Shown here in pieces: positions 20,601 to 27,450 of a stretch of DNA of 64,000 bases (within the stretch, counting starts at the first letter, position 1; each line of letters opens with the position of its first letter). The notes under the pieces are model-generated. The model was not told where the DNA came from. It ran no database searches and saw nothing but the letters and a program-made list of their open reading frames with translations. The position numbers and the translations under genes were made by a program. The stretch comes from a virus (Duplodnaviria; Caudoviricetes): IMG/VR virus record IMGVR_UViG_3300002220_003351, positions 1 to 64,000 of that record; one strand, written 5' to 3'.

Positions 20601-22211
20601 ATCGACATGGACCGGCTGGGTGAGATCCTGGGGATCTCCGCAAAGATCACCCGGTACATCAGCTCTATTAACACGCAATACAACCCCGTGTTCGGTGTGG
20701 TCAACTTCATCAGGGACGTGGGGACCGCCATGCTGAACCTCTCCACGACCCCCATCAGCGGGAAACAAAAAGAGGTCGCCCAGAACTCACTCCCTGCCCT
20801 GAGGGCCATCTTCTCCTCCCTGAGAGGAGGGACCACCAAGTCCGCGTGGGGTGATCTCTGGAGGGAGTTCCAGGAGAGGGGCGGGAGGACCGGGTACAGG
20901 GATCTCTTCAGGACCCCCACCGCGAGAACAGAAGAAATAGAGAAAGAAATCAAGGGTCTTACCAGGGGGCAGGCCATGAAGAAGGGGAGAGTCCTGTTTG
21001 ATCTTCTCTCCCACTACAACACCGCAATGGAGAACGCTGTCCGGCTCTCGGCCTACAAGGCGGGGATTGATTCCGGGATGACCAAGGACGCCGCCGCCGT
21101 AATGGCGAAGGAGCTCACGGTCAACTTCAACCGCAAGGGCCAGATCGCTACCCAGGCAGGGGCAATGTACGCCTTCTTCAACGCTTCCGCTCAGGGTATC
21201 TCAAGGATGTACCAGACCCTCGCGGGGCCTGCCGGAAAGAAGATCATCTACGGGGGGATCACGGTCGGGGTTCTCCAGGCGGCCCTTCTTGCGGCGGCAG
21301 GGTTCGATGATGACGAGCCCCCACAATTCGTTAGGGAGAGAAACCTCGTCATCCCCACGGGGGGGAAGAGTTATATCACCATCCCCTTCCCTCTGGGGTT
21401 CCACTTCCTCCCGAACTTCGGAAGGATCGTTTCCGAGTGGGCTCTGTCGGGATTCGATAAGCCCCTCGACAGGCTCGGGGACTATGCCGGGGTCCTTGCG
21501 GAAGCCTTCAACCCTCTCGGGTCTTCGGGGGTCTCGTTGCAGACCATCACCCCCACCCCCATCGACCCGCTGGTGGCTCTGGCGGAGAACAAGGACTGGA
21601 CCGGGAAGCCGATCGCCCGACAGGACTATAGCCAGCTCTCCCCCACTCCGGGGTTCACAAGGGCCAAGGACTCCGCAACGGTCTTCGGGAAGGCGTTTTC
21701 CTGGGCGCTCAACATGCTCTCCGGGGGGACCAAGTACAAACCCGGCCTCTTCAGCCCCACCCCGGACCAGATAGACTACCTCGGGGGCCAGCTCCTTGGG
21801 GGCGTGGGGAGGGAACTCGGGAAGGCGGAACAATTTATTACCGGGGCCGTCACCGGGGAGGAAGTGCCCACCTACAAGATCCCCCTCGCGGGGAGGTTCT
21901 TCGGGACCACCGAGGGATCCACCCAGGAGAGGTCGAGGTTCTTCACCAACATCAAGGAGATGAACAAGCACGAGAACGAGATCAAGGGAAGGATGAAATC
22001 CGGCCAGCCCATTTCCGGGTACTTCAAAGACAACCCTGAGGCGAGGATTTGGAGGGCCGCCAACGCCGTCGAGAACAGCATCTCAAGGCTCAACCAGCAG
22101 AAGCGTGCCCTCAAGGAAAGAGGGGCCTCCAAGGTCTCTATGGAGACCTTGGACAAGCTCATCTACTCCAAGATGAAGAACTTCAACGAGCGCTACGAGG
22201 CCCTCAGATGA
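14616..22211 (+). CDS. Large polyvalent ejection protein (2531 aa) with HExxH metallopeptidase motif, three ART-fold modules and C-terminal LPD38-like region
   Basis: HEAIH at 16908-16922; ILTHWS..., YFYHRP..VWLS..GDIP and GPVYHG..F..F..YLSMKNPL modules; ENAVRLSAY..TVNFNRKG..FFNASAQG..NKDWTGKPI typical of LPD38. Confidence 0.8.
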   Translation: MAEDYTWLQPLRPETEEEAPPEASSLFRRGVVDPLVGLAKGTIVGIPETVIGLANIPTLGYAGKAVEAGMRGVGLRTLPEMEEAMTGLLTPETRQAQKEVQETKGFFPTVGAALQRPSTIAQVVAESIPSMAVGARVAGAALGVGAQGISKAERLRRGIMAGGIGEGAITAGQNIESIRQQTEEGVLTPEQVAIGAVSGALTGAIGMASGKFAKWLKLEDFDTLLTGARSGVVGGDAKNVFKKIIVNAFREGVIEELPQSLQEQIAENIALGKPIDDNVMEQGAMGMLAGFAQGAGAQIAGDLLDRVKRKDPVDEAIDKMIAETDPEMAAMVNPPVIPETPKAPAAPAPEAVPPAAPIQEAPVALVAPEAPAKTPVETVPVTQEAEAPAPEAITPVEQPAEGQVSPPAEVPPVEDQVTRDAAATHPAEYTKGREDIAKVIASSGVETAAAQIDAYKKGVQNWIAQNGEPNEKVKGTIAMIKGMEDALVSPATIAEQPAGETLAPKTATAPSETPIAPGAEIAPQEAVSKEIPPQEARTPAETAVGMAPEEKAVPEAKTALEQAVPEIPALLQKSDEHYARAKALMNSTDPKDQALAQQELAAGAKTFAQWRKENPNTPDPREGQGTQMVREKISQAKTLKATLKANQEGVDKQLKEKVITPEVHDAVSKINKKLERLKLNVPVRYAKAATRTDEGDSIVIDANTKEGAQVLRKQGWSEDRINKAKEVGYVARISAETVRHEDSPGGPVRQEVILYDQSESVDARHEAIHVLVGAGILDPGPAPRGVTERAHEERFVDQVLKDIESGKVDFETLGEAQAQAKPKTSTKAKESLKRIRLEAKRSLEVEANITTVSSEEKIAKRLAAGDRYLAAIDRKILDLNNRGSELLATDQEGAQKLFSQAIRLQKQVLGDQFSQIEGLTDLVFKEGHGRYEGGGEATLVIQAKVPEEKTGLFKAILAREGITHDQNAVYVSYNIDVTEPEGWDQSQYPSTIFYFEKRLTPRESELIIQLMTESGIGGSTYLPADMTLTLKHIKEYDPEAVEWEKKIDSFIDKMKASGIQHRHSRIWQKIDDIRRDDYEGLVRKHAAEIAHTIARGRIRQEARGYPDVPGGEGRPLQEAGDYYGRGGGYIREAASTGPGPGRSVGKPSGLSEKDIREGRYSVQISKQEALKKKIILKKDPSAGSPVDFKNKDVILTHWSKEPNLTKTDPEKHGTGYSGAERKSKDAYPNLWIQKTYAGYGTYEAEEGLGPHRYQIDIKGNDLYDIWEDPLKLDPSADEVRKMGYYTAAAQHLIHEQRIRQLGFKGFVSTPHNVAAIYEPVSVQKVEPATETLPQKESRYSVSPEQGKGTVGDKQAEYAEKFKGDYQFDPETQVLIGSRYPTVVPRYFYHRPPSELKEGIKAYKNRNADGSSEYIDKAFGAPASDNIVWLSRQPDYGKTSSLRIDLAQLDPANLRDTGQAEGNIWHRGDIPESAIVRQSPEQGKGDAAYLKAVKSGDMETAQKMVDEAAREAGYKIGPVYHGAGEKFNQFDTRGGGWFISSKKEAAEYGNGEDIVSAYLSMKNPLTMTHKENATYGAELAERKARRLGNDGVIIPANKEFAEENVYTEAEHDVYVALSPEQIKSADPVTYDDQGNVIPLSERFNEKSPDVRYSIKTTLSNAIAYMTGKSQTPVSSTTQSASWDTPQKTKMSDMVYSIFDKQIDMREVVKNIKAYLGSIKEDIDPSQKETLFHGRVATKSEDFIRDEFHPLIEDMAAKKVDLEEFETYLWNRHAEEANNYVASINQNMPDKGSGIATQDARDYLAALDPKKRMVYAALAKRVDAILEKNAQILLDEGLESKSTIDRWKKAYRHYVPLFREDLEGRLGTGTGFSVTGASSKGRHGSTRPVANILANIAEQRDRYIVRSEKNRIAKALYGLAKLNPNEEFWRLARPTIETHTDIDTGLTVKIAGLGYKQRDNVVMHREIDPKTKEVVEKGVEFNDRNERALRMAHAIRNIDMDRLGEILGISAKITRYISSINTQYNPVFGVVNFIRDVGTAMLNLSTTPISGKQKEVAQNSLPALRAIFSSLRGGTTKSAWGDLWREFQERGGRTGYRDLFRTPTARTEEIEKEIKGLTRGQAMKKGRVLFDLLSHYNTAMENAVRLSAYKAGIDSGMTKDAAAVMAKELTVNFNRKGQIATQAGAMYAFFNASAQGISRMYQTLAGPAGKKIIYGGITVGVLQAALLAAAGFDDDEPPQFVRERNLVIPTGGKSYITIPFPLGFHFLPNFGRIVSEWALSGFDKPLDRLGDYAGVLAEAFNPLGSSGVSLQTITPTPIDPLVALAENKDWTGKPIARQDYSQLSPTPGFTRAKDSATVFGKAFSWALNMLSGGTKYKPGLFSPTPDQIDYLGGQLLGGVGRELGKAEQFITGAVTGEEVPTYKIPLAGRFFGTTEGSTQERSRFFTNIKEMNKHENEIKGRMKSGQPISGYFKDNPEARIWRAANAVENSISRLNQQKRALKERGASKVSMETLDKLIYSKMKNFNERYEALR
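18639..18658 (+). repeat. 20-bp direct repeat, copy 1 (TCCCCGGAACAGGGTAAGGG)
   Basis: Exact match to 19047-19066; encodes SPEQGKG in both copies. Confidence 0.95.
19047..19066 (+). repeat. 20-bp direct repeat, copy 2
   Basis: Exact match to 18639-18658. Confidence 0.95.
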
Positions 22212-23442
22212 CCCCGTTGTAGAGCCTCCCGTCCCCCACCTTCCGCATGATCTTGTGGACGAGGCTCTTGAAGTTGCCGTGGGTTAATTCCTCCACCTTA
22301 GGGAGGTACCTCGCCTCCACACACAGGGCGAACACCTTTTGGAGGCACTCAAGCTGCTCCTTGTGTTCTTTGGGGATGTTCAGAAAGCTGGTGTCGAAGA
22401 AAGATTCCGTGATGTCCGAGTAGTCCCCCGTGTAAAACCCTTTCTCCTTGCAGTAGTCCCCCAGATTCGTCCCGGGGTACGGGGAGAAGATCGAGCACCA
22501 TCCGTAGGCCGGTTGGCAGAGGACGTTGACCTCAAGGGTCTCAAGGTCCTCCTCTATCGTGGCCGTGGGGAGCCCGATCATGTTCTGGATCATGAGCCTT
22601 ATGTTCCACTTCTTGAGGAACCTCGCTGCCTCACGGGCGCTCTCCAGGGTTACATCCGTCCTATTAAGGAGTTTTCTGAGCCTCGTGCTTGCGGCCTCAA
22701 GGGCTATCCTGACGCTGAAGCACCCGGCGTCGTGGAGCAGGAGAACCCTCTCCTCGGTGACCTGGCTGGGCCTGAGGTGGCAGTGAAAGGGGATGTTGAC
22801 CCTCGATCGGTACTTCGGGGAGAACTCCTTGAGCCATTTCATCGAGGTTCCGAAGCAGGAATCCTGAAAGTAAACGAATTCCATCCCTTCGATGTCGCAG
22901 ATTTCCTCTATTACGCTCTTAACGCTTCTGAGTCTTACCCTTGGAATCTCGGGGAACATCTTGGCCCATCTGTCAGAATAGCAATAATTACAAGCACCTG
23001 GACAACCCCGGGAAGCGATGAAGTCCCTGATCTTCATGTTCGGGAAGTCCGTCCTGTCCGGGTACGGGATCGAGTCGAGGTTCGGGTACTTAGCCGGGGA
23101 CCCCAGAAGCTCCGCAAAACCTTGCTCCGCTTCGCCCTTGAAAACAATGTTGAAGTCATCTCCGAAGTCCTCCGGGAAGAAGGTTGCATGGGGGCCTCCG
23201 GCGATAATGACCGGGGGGTTATTCCTCGTTTTGATCTCACGGGCGATATCTTTGACCATCACCTGATTGCCTGTCATCACCGAGAACCCGACGATGTCCG
23301 GCTTCCATTTCTTCTCCTCTGCCAGGACATCCTTGAACTCGACGATCCTGCACTCATGTCCCGCCTGTTTCGCCACCGCAGAGAGATACATCGGACCCAG
23401 AGTCTCCATCTTTTTGGACTTCACCGCCAGCAGGACTCTCAT
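22204..23442 (-). CDS. B12-binding radical SAM protein
   Basis: N-terminal cobalamin-binding pattern (LGPMYLSAV..IVGFS..GGPHAT) and SRGCPGACNYC. Confidence 0.9.
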   Translation of the reverse strand: MRVLLAVKSKKMETLGPMYLSAVAKQAGHECRIVEFKDVLAEEKKWKPDIVGFSVMTGNQVMVKDIAREIKTRNNPPVIIAGGPHATFFPEDFGDDFNIVFKGEAEQGFAELLGSPAKYPNLDSIPYPDRTDFPNMKIRDFIASRGCPGACNYCYSDRWAKMFPEIPRVRLRSVKSVIEEICDIEGMEFVYFQDSCFGTSMKWLKEFSPKYRSRVNIPFHCHLRPSQVTEERVLLLHDAGCFSVRIALEAASTRLRKLLNRTDVTLESAREAARFLKKWNIRLMIQNMIGLPTATIEEDLETLEVNVLCQPAYGWCSIFSPYPGTNLGDYCKEKGFYTGDYSDITESFFDTSFLNIPKEHKEQLECLQKVFALCVEARYLPKVEELTHGNFKSLVHKIMRKVGDGRLYNGVI

Positions 23443-23699
23443 TGTTCCTCCTCAGGAAATAGAATCGAAAACCCTTCTCGAAGACTTTGTTCGTTGATTA
23501 TGGAGAGCGGCTTTAATCTGATGCTCTTCTGGTAGACCGAGACAACCTTGCCGGAACAAATGATGTATTCCGCCTTGCATGACCTGCACGCCACCTGGAT
23601 CCCGTCTATGGTCTCCCGGAGGGTCGTGTTGATGTTTCCACTCAAGTGGAGAGTCTCGTCGGACTCTATGTCTTCACTCCCGCAGAAGTGGCACCTCAT
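23439..23699 (-). CDS. Small zinc-ribbon protein
   Basis: CHFC and CRSC pairs; overlaps with both neighbours. Confidence 0.6.
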   Translation of the reverse strand: MRCHFCGSEDIESDETLHLSGNINTTLRETIDGIQVACRSCKAEYIICSGKVVSVYQKSIRLKPLSIINEQSLREGFSILFPEEEQ

Positions 23700-24103
23700 T
23701 GGACGACCTTTATCCCGGTGATTTCAGACATTCTTTCGTCAATGAACCGGTGGATCTCGCAGCAGCATTTCCCCTCGCTGTTGATTTGGGCCGACCCCAC
23801 CCAGGCATAGGGGATCATGTCGTTCTGGGCGGGCCTCATCAGGTATATGAAGAACCCGTTGAGCTGCGGCGCTCTCTCGTCCGTGTGCTCGGTCATCAGA
23901 ATACCGAGGGAGTTCATCTGGTCCGGAATGTCATCCCGGGTGACATCAACCCCTAATGTCTTAAGGACAGAGTCTATCCCCGCCTCAAGGACCTCGACGG
24001 CCTTGTGGGCCGGGGAGTCCTTGACTTGGACCTTCTTGAGCATCCGGGCGCACAGCTCATCCTCGGATACCTCAAACCACGCTTTCTCGACCTTGTCGCT
24101 CAT
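23696..24103 (-). CDS. Hypothetical protein
   Basis: Start reassigned to ATG 24103 (GGAGG RBS, ATGA overlap with the upstream stop). Confidence 0.6.
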   Translation of the reverse strand: MSDKVEKAWFEVSEDELCARMLKKVQVKDSPAHKAVEVLEAGIDSVLKTLGVDVTRDDIPDQMNSLGILMTEHTDERAPQLNGFFIYLMRPAQNDMIPYAWVGSAQINSEGKCCCEIHRFIDERMSEITGIKVVQ

Positions 24104-25290
24104 AGCACCTCCAAACGCGGGATTGCCGTTACGAATTTCGCTTTCCATTTCCGAATGTAGGATAACTGTTCCATGATCTCCTCTTTGAGGTTCCAAGGGA
24201 GTATGAGGACATATTCCGGGAGAGTGCACTTTATGCGGCTTTCCCCGAGAACCGGGATATGGCTTCCCGGGAGATATTTCCCCTGCTTGTGGGGGGATTT
24301 GTCCACCACGGAATGGATAAGGTCCCTGTTGATCCGGCAGTAGTTAAGGAGGGTGTTCCCTTTGGCCGGGGCTCCATAGGCAACAATCTCTGCCCCGTTT
24401 GTAACCAGAAACCTCAGAAGATCACGGCGGATGTTTTCGGCCCTGTGCTGTAAAAACTTAGCCCTGGCCAAAGTGTCCGATTCCTTCCTGAGGACCCTTT
24501 TTATGTTCTTTAAGGGTTTCCTCTCCCCCTCGTGGCAGGCGTAGATTCTAAGGCTTCCCCCGTGTTCCGGGATCTCGTCGACATCGAACACCGTCAGCCT
24601 ATGTTTCTTGAAGATCTTCATGATGATATCGAGGCTGAAGTAGTTGTAGTGCTCATGATAGATCGTGTCGAACTGGTTGTATCTCACGAGGTTCATCAGG
24701 TGCGGGAACTCGGCGGTGATAATCCCTTCAGGGGCGAGGGCGATCTTCATCCCCTCCACGAAGTCGTTGATGTCCGGCTGATGGGCGATGGTATTGATAG
24801 AGCAGATGAGGTCGGCCACAGGGAATAAATTGCCCTCAATGCCAACAAAATCACAACCAAAGAACCGCTTTACCGTGTTTATCCCCTTTGATTCTGCGAT
24901 GGAAGCGGGTCCTTCCGCAGGCTCAAAACCGAGCACCCCGCACCCCATCTGCTTGAACCATTGAAGCATATACCCGTCATTGCTTCCGATCTCCACGACA
25001 CGCTTGATGTGCGGGAATCTCTCAAGGATCATCTCCGCAAACTCTTTCGCATGGGACACATTTGAAGGGGACTGAGAGGAGAAATAGGGGTAGTCCTCCC
25101 TGAAGATCTCGGAGGCCTTCTTCATCTCCGGAATCTGGACCAGCCCGCAGGCACAAACATAGACCTTCAGCGGGTAGTAGATTTCCGGCTCCTCCAGTTG
25201 CTCCTTCGTCAGGAATGAGTTGGCCGGGGGCTGGTGGCCAAGGTCTATGAAGACATCCCTTAATGTCTTGTGGCAGAACCTGCACTTCAT
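24100..25290 (-). CDS. NDP-hexose C3-methyltransferase (TylC3/EryBIII-like, Zn-binding N-terminus)
   Basis: CRFC..DLGHQPPANSFL..YPLKVYVC, VEIGSNDG, HEHYNYFS, GAPAKGNTLLNYC, QGKYLPGSHIP. Confidence 0.9.
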   Translation of the reverse strand: MKCRFCHKTLRDVFIDLGHQPPANSFLTKEQLEEPEIYYPLKVYVCACGLVQIPEMKKASEIFREDYPYFSSQSPSNVSHAKEFAEMILERFPHIKRVVEIGSNDGYMLQWFKQMGCGVLGFEPAEGPASIAESKGINTVKRFFGCDFVGIEGNLFPVADLICSINTIAHQPDINDFVEGMKIALAPEGIITAEFPHLMNLVRYNQFDTIYHEHYNYFSLDIIMKIFKKHRLTVFDVDEIPEHGGSLRIYACHEGERKPLKNIKRVLRKESDTLARAKFLQHRAENIRRDLLRFLVTNGAEIVAYGAPAKGNTLLNYCRINRDLIHSVVDKSPHKQGKYLPGSHIPVLGESRIKCTLPEYVLILPWNLKEEIMEQLSYIRKWKAKFVTAIPRLEVL

Positions 25291-26363
25291 ATTATCGCCT
25301 CCAATAGATCAAGTTTCCCTTGGTAATCGTCAATATCATCGTCCGTGGCAATGATTCCATGCTCGTAATAGGCCCGGTACCAATCTATCGTCGTTTCCAC
25401 CGCTTCCTCCATGGTCCTGATGGGCCTCCACCCGAGGAGCTTTCTGGACTCCGTGGAGTCAATCTTCAGGAGATATTGCATATGCGGGTGGGTGGGGGTG
25501 TTGTCTACTTCCCATTGGATCTTGGGCCACACACTTCTGGCTGTCCGGAGGACCTCAAGGACGCTCATTTCCCCGTCCGGGCCGAAGTTCCATGCCCGGT
25601 TGACATCCTGTCCCATTAAGATCTTCTCCCCCAGGATGAGATACCCGGACAGCGCCTCCATCACATGCTGGAAAGGCCTCGTGGCGTTTGGGGTGTGGAC
25701 GATGACCGTCTCTCCTTTGGACGTTGCCCTCACGATATCGGGGATGAGCCTCTTGTAACTCCAATCTCCCCCACCGATCACATTCCCGGCCCTTGCGGTA
25801 GCGATGTTCATCCCGAATGACTCCCTGTAACACCTTATCACCTGTTCCACGCAGACCTTTGAGGCCGAATACGGGTCCACCCCTCCGAGTTCGTCTACCT
25901 CCCGGTATCCCCATGACCATTCCTTGTTCTCATAGATCTTGTCGGTGCTGATCACGACGACCCCTTTGACGCTGGGCGTCTTCCGGCAGGCCTCAAGGAT
26001 GTTCACCGCCCCCATGACATTGTTCTCGAAAGTCTCCCGGGGTTCCGTAAAGGTCCGGGCGACGATGGCACGAGCGGCGAGATGGATCACAAGGTCGGGC
26101 CTATCGAAGCCTAACACCTTACCGAGCAATCCGAAGTTCAGAAGATCCTGCCCCGGCATTAAATGAAGATCGGGAAGGTCATTTGACTTATAATTTATCG
26201 GATTCCCGAGGAGCTCGTGGTGATTGGGAACAGTATTTGGCATGTGTCCGTACCCAGTAACCTCTGCCCCCAGCCTCTTGAGCCAATGGCAAAGCCAGCT
26301 ACCTTTATATCCCGCGTGGCCGGTAACCAAGACCTTCTTCCCTCTGTAGATTTCAAACATCAC
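25287..26363 (-). CDS. rfbG: CDP-glucose 4,6-dehydratase
   Basis: VLVTGHAGYKGSWL, STDKIYEN, DPYSASK, ARAGNVIGGGDWS, RPFQHV. Confidence 0.92.
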   Translation of the reverse strand: MMFEIYRGKKVLVTGHAGYKGSWLCHWLKRLGAEVTGYGHMPNTVPNHHELLGNPINYKSNDLPDLHLMPGQDLLNFGLLGKVLGFDRPDLVIHLAARAIVARTFTEPRETFENNVMGAVNILEACRKTPSVKGVVVISTDKIYENKEWSWGYREVDELGGVDPYSASKVCVEQVIRCYRESFGMNIATARAGNVIGGGDWSYKRLIPDIVRATSKGETVIVHTPNATRPFQHVMEALSGYLILGEKILMGQDVNRAWNFGPDGEMSVLEVLRTARSVWPKIQWEVDNTPTHPHMQYLLKIDSTESRKLLGWRPIRTMEEAVETTIDWYRAYYEHGIIATDDDIDDYQGKLDLLEAII

Positions 26364-26563
26364 ACTGCTCCTTTCATTACCCTTAGCCGTCGGCCGTCCA
26401 CCGTTCCTTTCCAGTAATCCTCAACCTCAAATCCAAGGGCCTTTAGGATCTCGATCAGCTGCTCTACCGTGACAGTTTGCCCGGAAATAATGACTGCCCG
26501 CTGCTGATGCGCTTCCTTGCGGGGCTCCGGGTGCCCTGGTATGTCAAAATCCGGTGTCATCAT
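26360..26563 (-). CDS. Small hypothetical protein
   Basis: 67 aa, overlaps both neighbours. Confidence 0.5.
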   Translation of the reverse strand: MMTPDFDIPGHPEPRKEAHQQRAVIISGQTVTVEQLIEILKALGFEVEDYWKGTVDGRRLRVMKGAV

Positions 26564-27450
26564 CCCCCCCTTGCGTCAAGATAGATCTTGTCCATGCTCG
26601 ATAGGAGCACCTGGCAGTTCTTGCAGCAGCCTATGTCGGTGATCCTCCCTTCCAGCATCATATTTCTGAACCTCTGGAACTTGAAGTTGTTGTAGATCTT
26701 CATGGGGTCGGTCTTGAAGACGTTCCCCCGGACCCTCATGTCCCCGCAGCAGAGGATCACATCCCCGTTGATGAAGAGGAGCATCCGGTTCAAAAGGTCC
26801 GGGCAGATCTGTTTTGTCTCCCCGAAGGCGGCGATCCTATTGAGCCTCTCCTGGCGCTTCTCCTCGACCTCGGTTCCCCAGACATCGTAACAGGCCACCT
26901 GGTCCCCGAACTTTTTTGAGAGCACTCCCCTCCAGATCTCGCTGTATTCAGGCCACTCCTCCCTGTTGATATCCTGGCGGATCATCCTCATGATGATCTT
27001 GGTATTTCCGCAAGAGTTCCTCAGGTTGATAAACCTGACGATATTCTCCATGACCTTGCCGTAATCCACCTTCCTGATCTTTTCGTGAGACTCTTTGAAC
27101 CCGTCCACCGAAAAAATGATCGTGTCGAGTCCGGCCGCCATAAGATGGTGAGCCATGCGTGCGTCCACATGAGTGGCGTTTGTGGCGAACCCCACCCCCT
27201 TGAACCCCCGGGCCTTTGCCTCCCGTACCTTGGTGATGATCGTGGGGTCCAAAAGTGTCTCCCCCAGCCCCTGGAGGTTGAGGTACTTGAGCCTGTCCAC
27301 ATAGGGCTCGAAAGCCTCCAGGATCCTTATGAAGTCCTTCACGCTCATCACCCCCTTCCGGGGGGACTCCTTGATGTTGCACATGACGCAGTTGGCGCTG
27401 CACTTCCCGGCGAGGGTCTCGATCTGTAGATACTCTGGGAAATAAATCAT
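26560..27450 (-). CDS. Radical SAM protein with SPASM/twitch domain
   Basis: KCSANCVMC; LQGLGETLL; C-terminal CP..GDVILCC..CKNC. Confidence 0.88.
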   Translation of the reverse strand: MIYFPEYLQIETLAGKCSANCVMCNIKESPRKGVMSVKDFIRILEAFEPYVDRLKYLNLQGLGETLLDPTIITKVREAKARGFKGVGFATNATHVDARMAHHLMAAGLDTIIFSVDGFKESHEKIRKVDYGKVMENIVRFINLRNSCGNTKIIMRMIRQDINREEWPEYSEIWRGVLSKKFGDQVACYDVWGTEVEEKRQERLNRIAAFGETKQICPDLLNRMLLFINGDVILCCGDMRVRGNVFKTDPMKIYNNFKFQRFRNMMLEGRITDIGCCKNCQVLLSSMDKIYLDARGG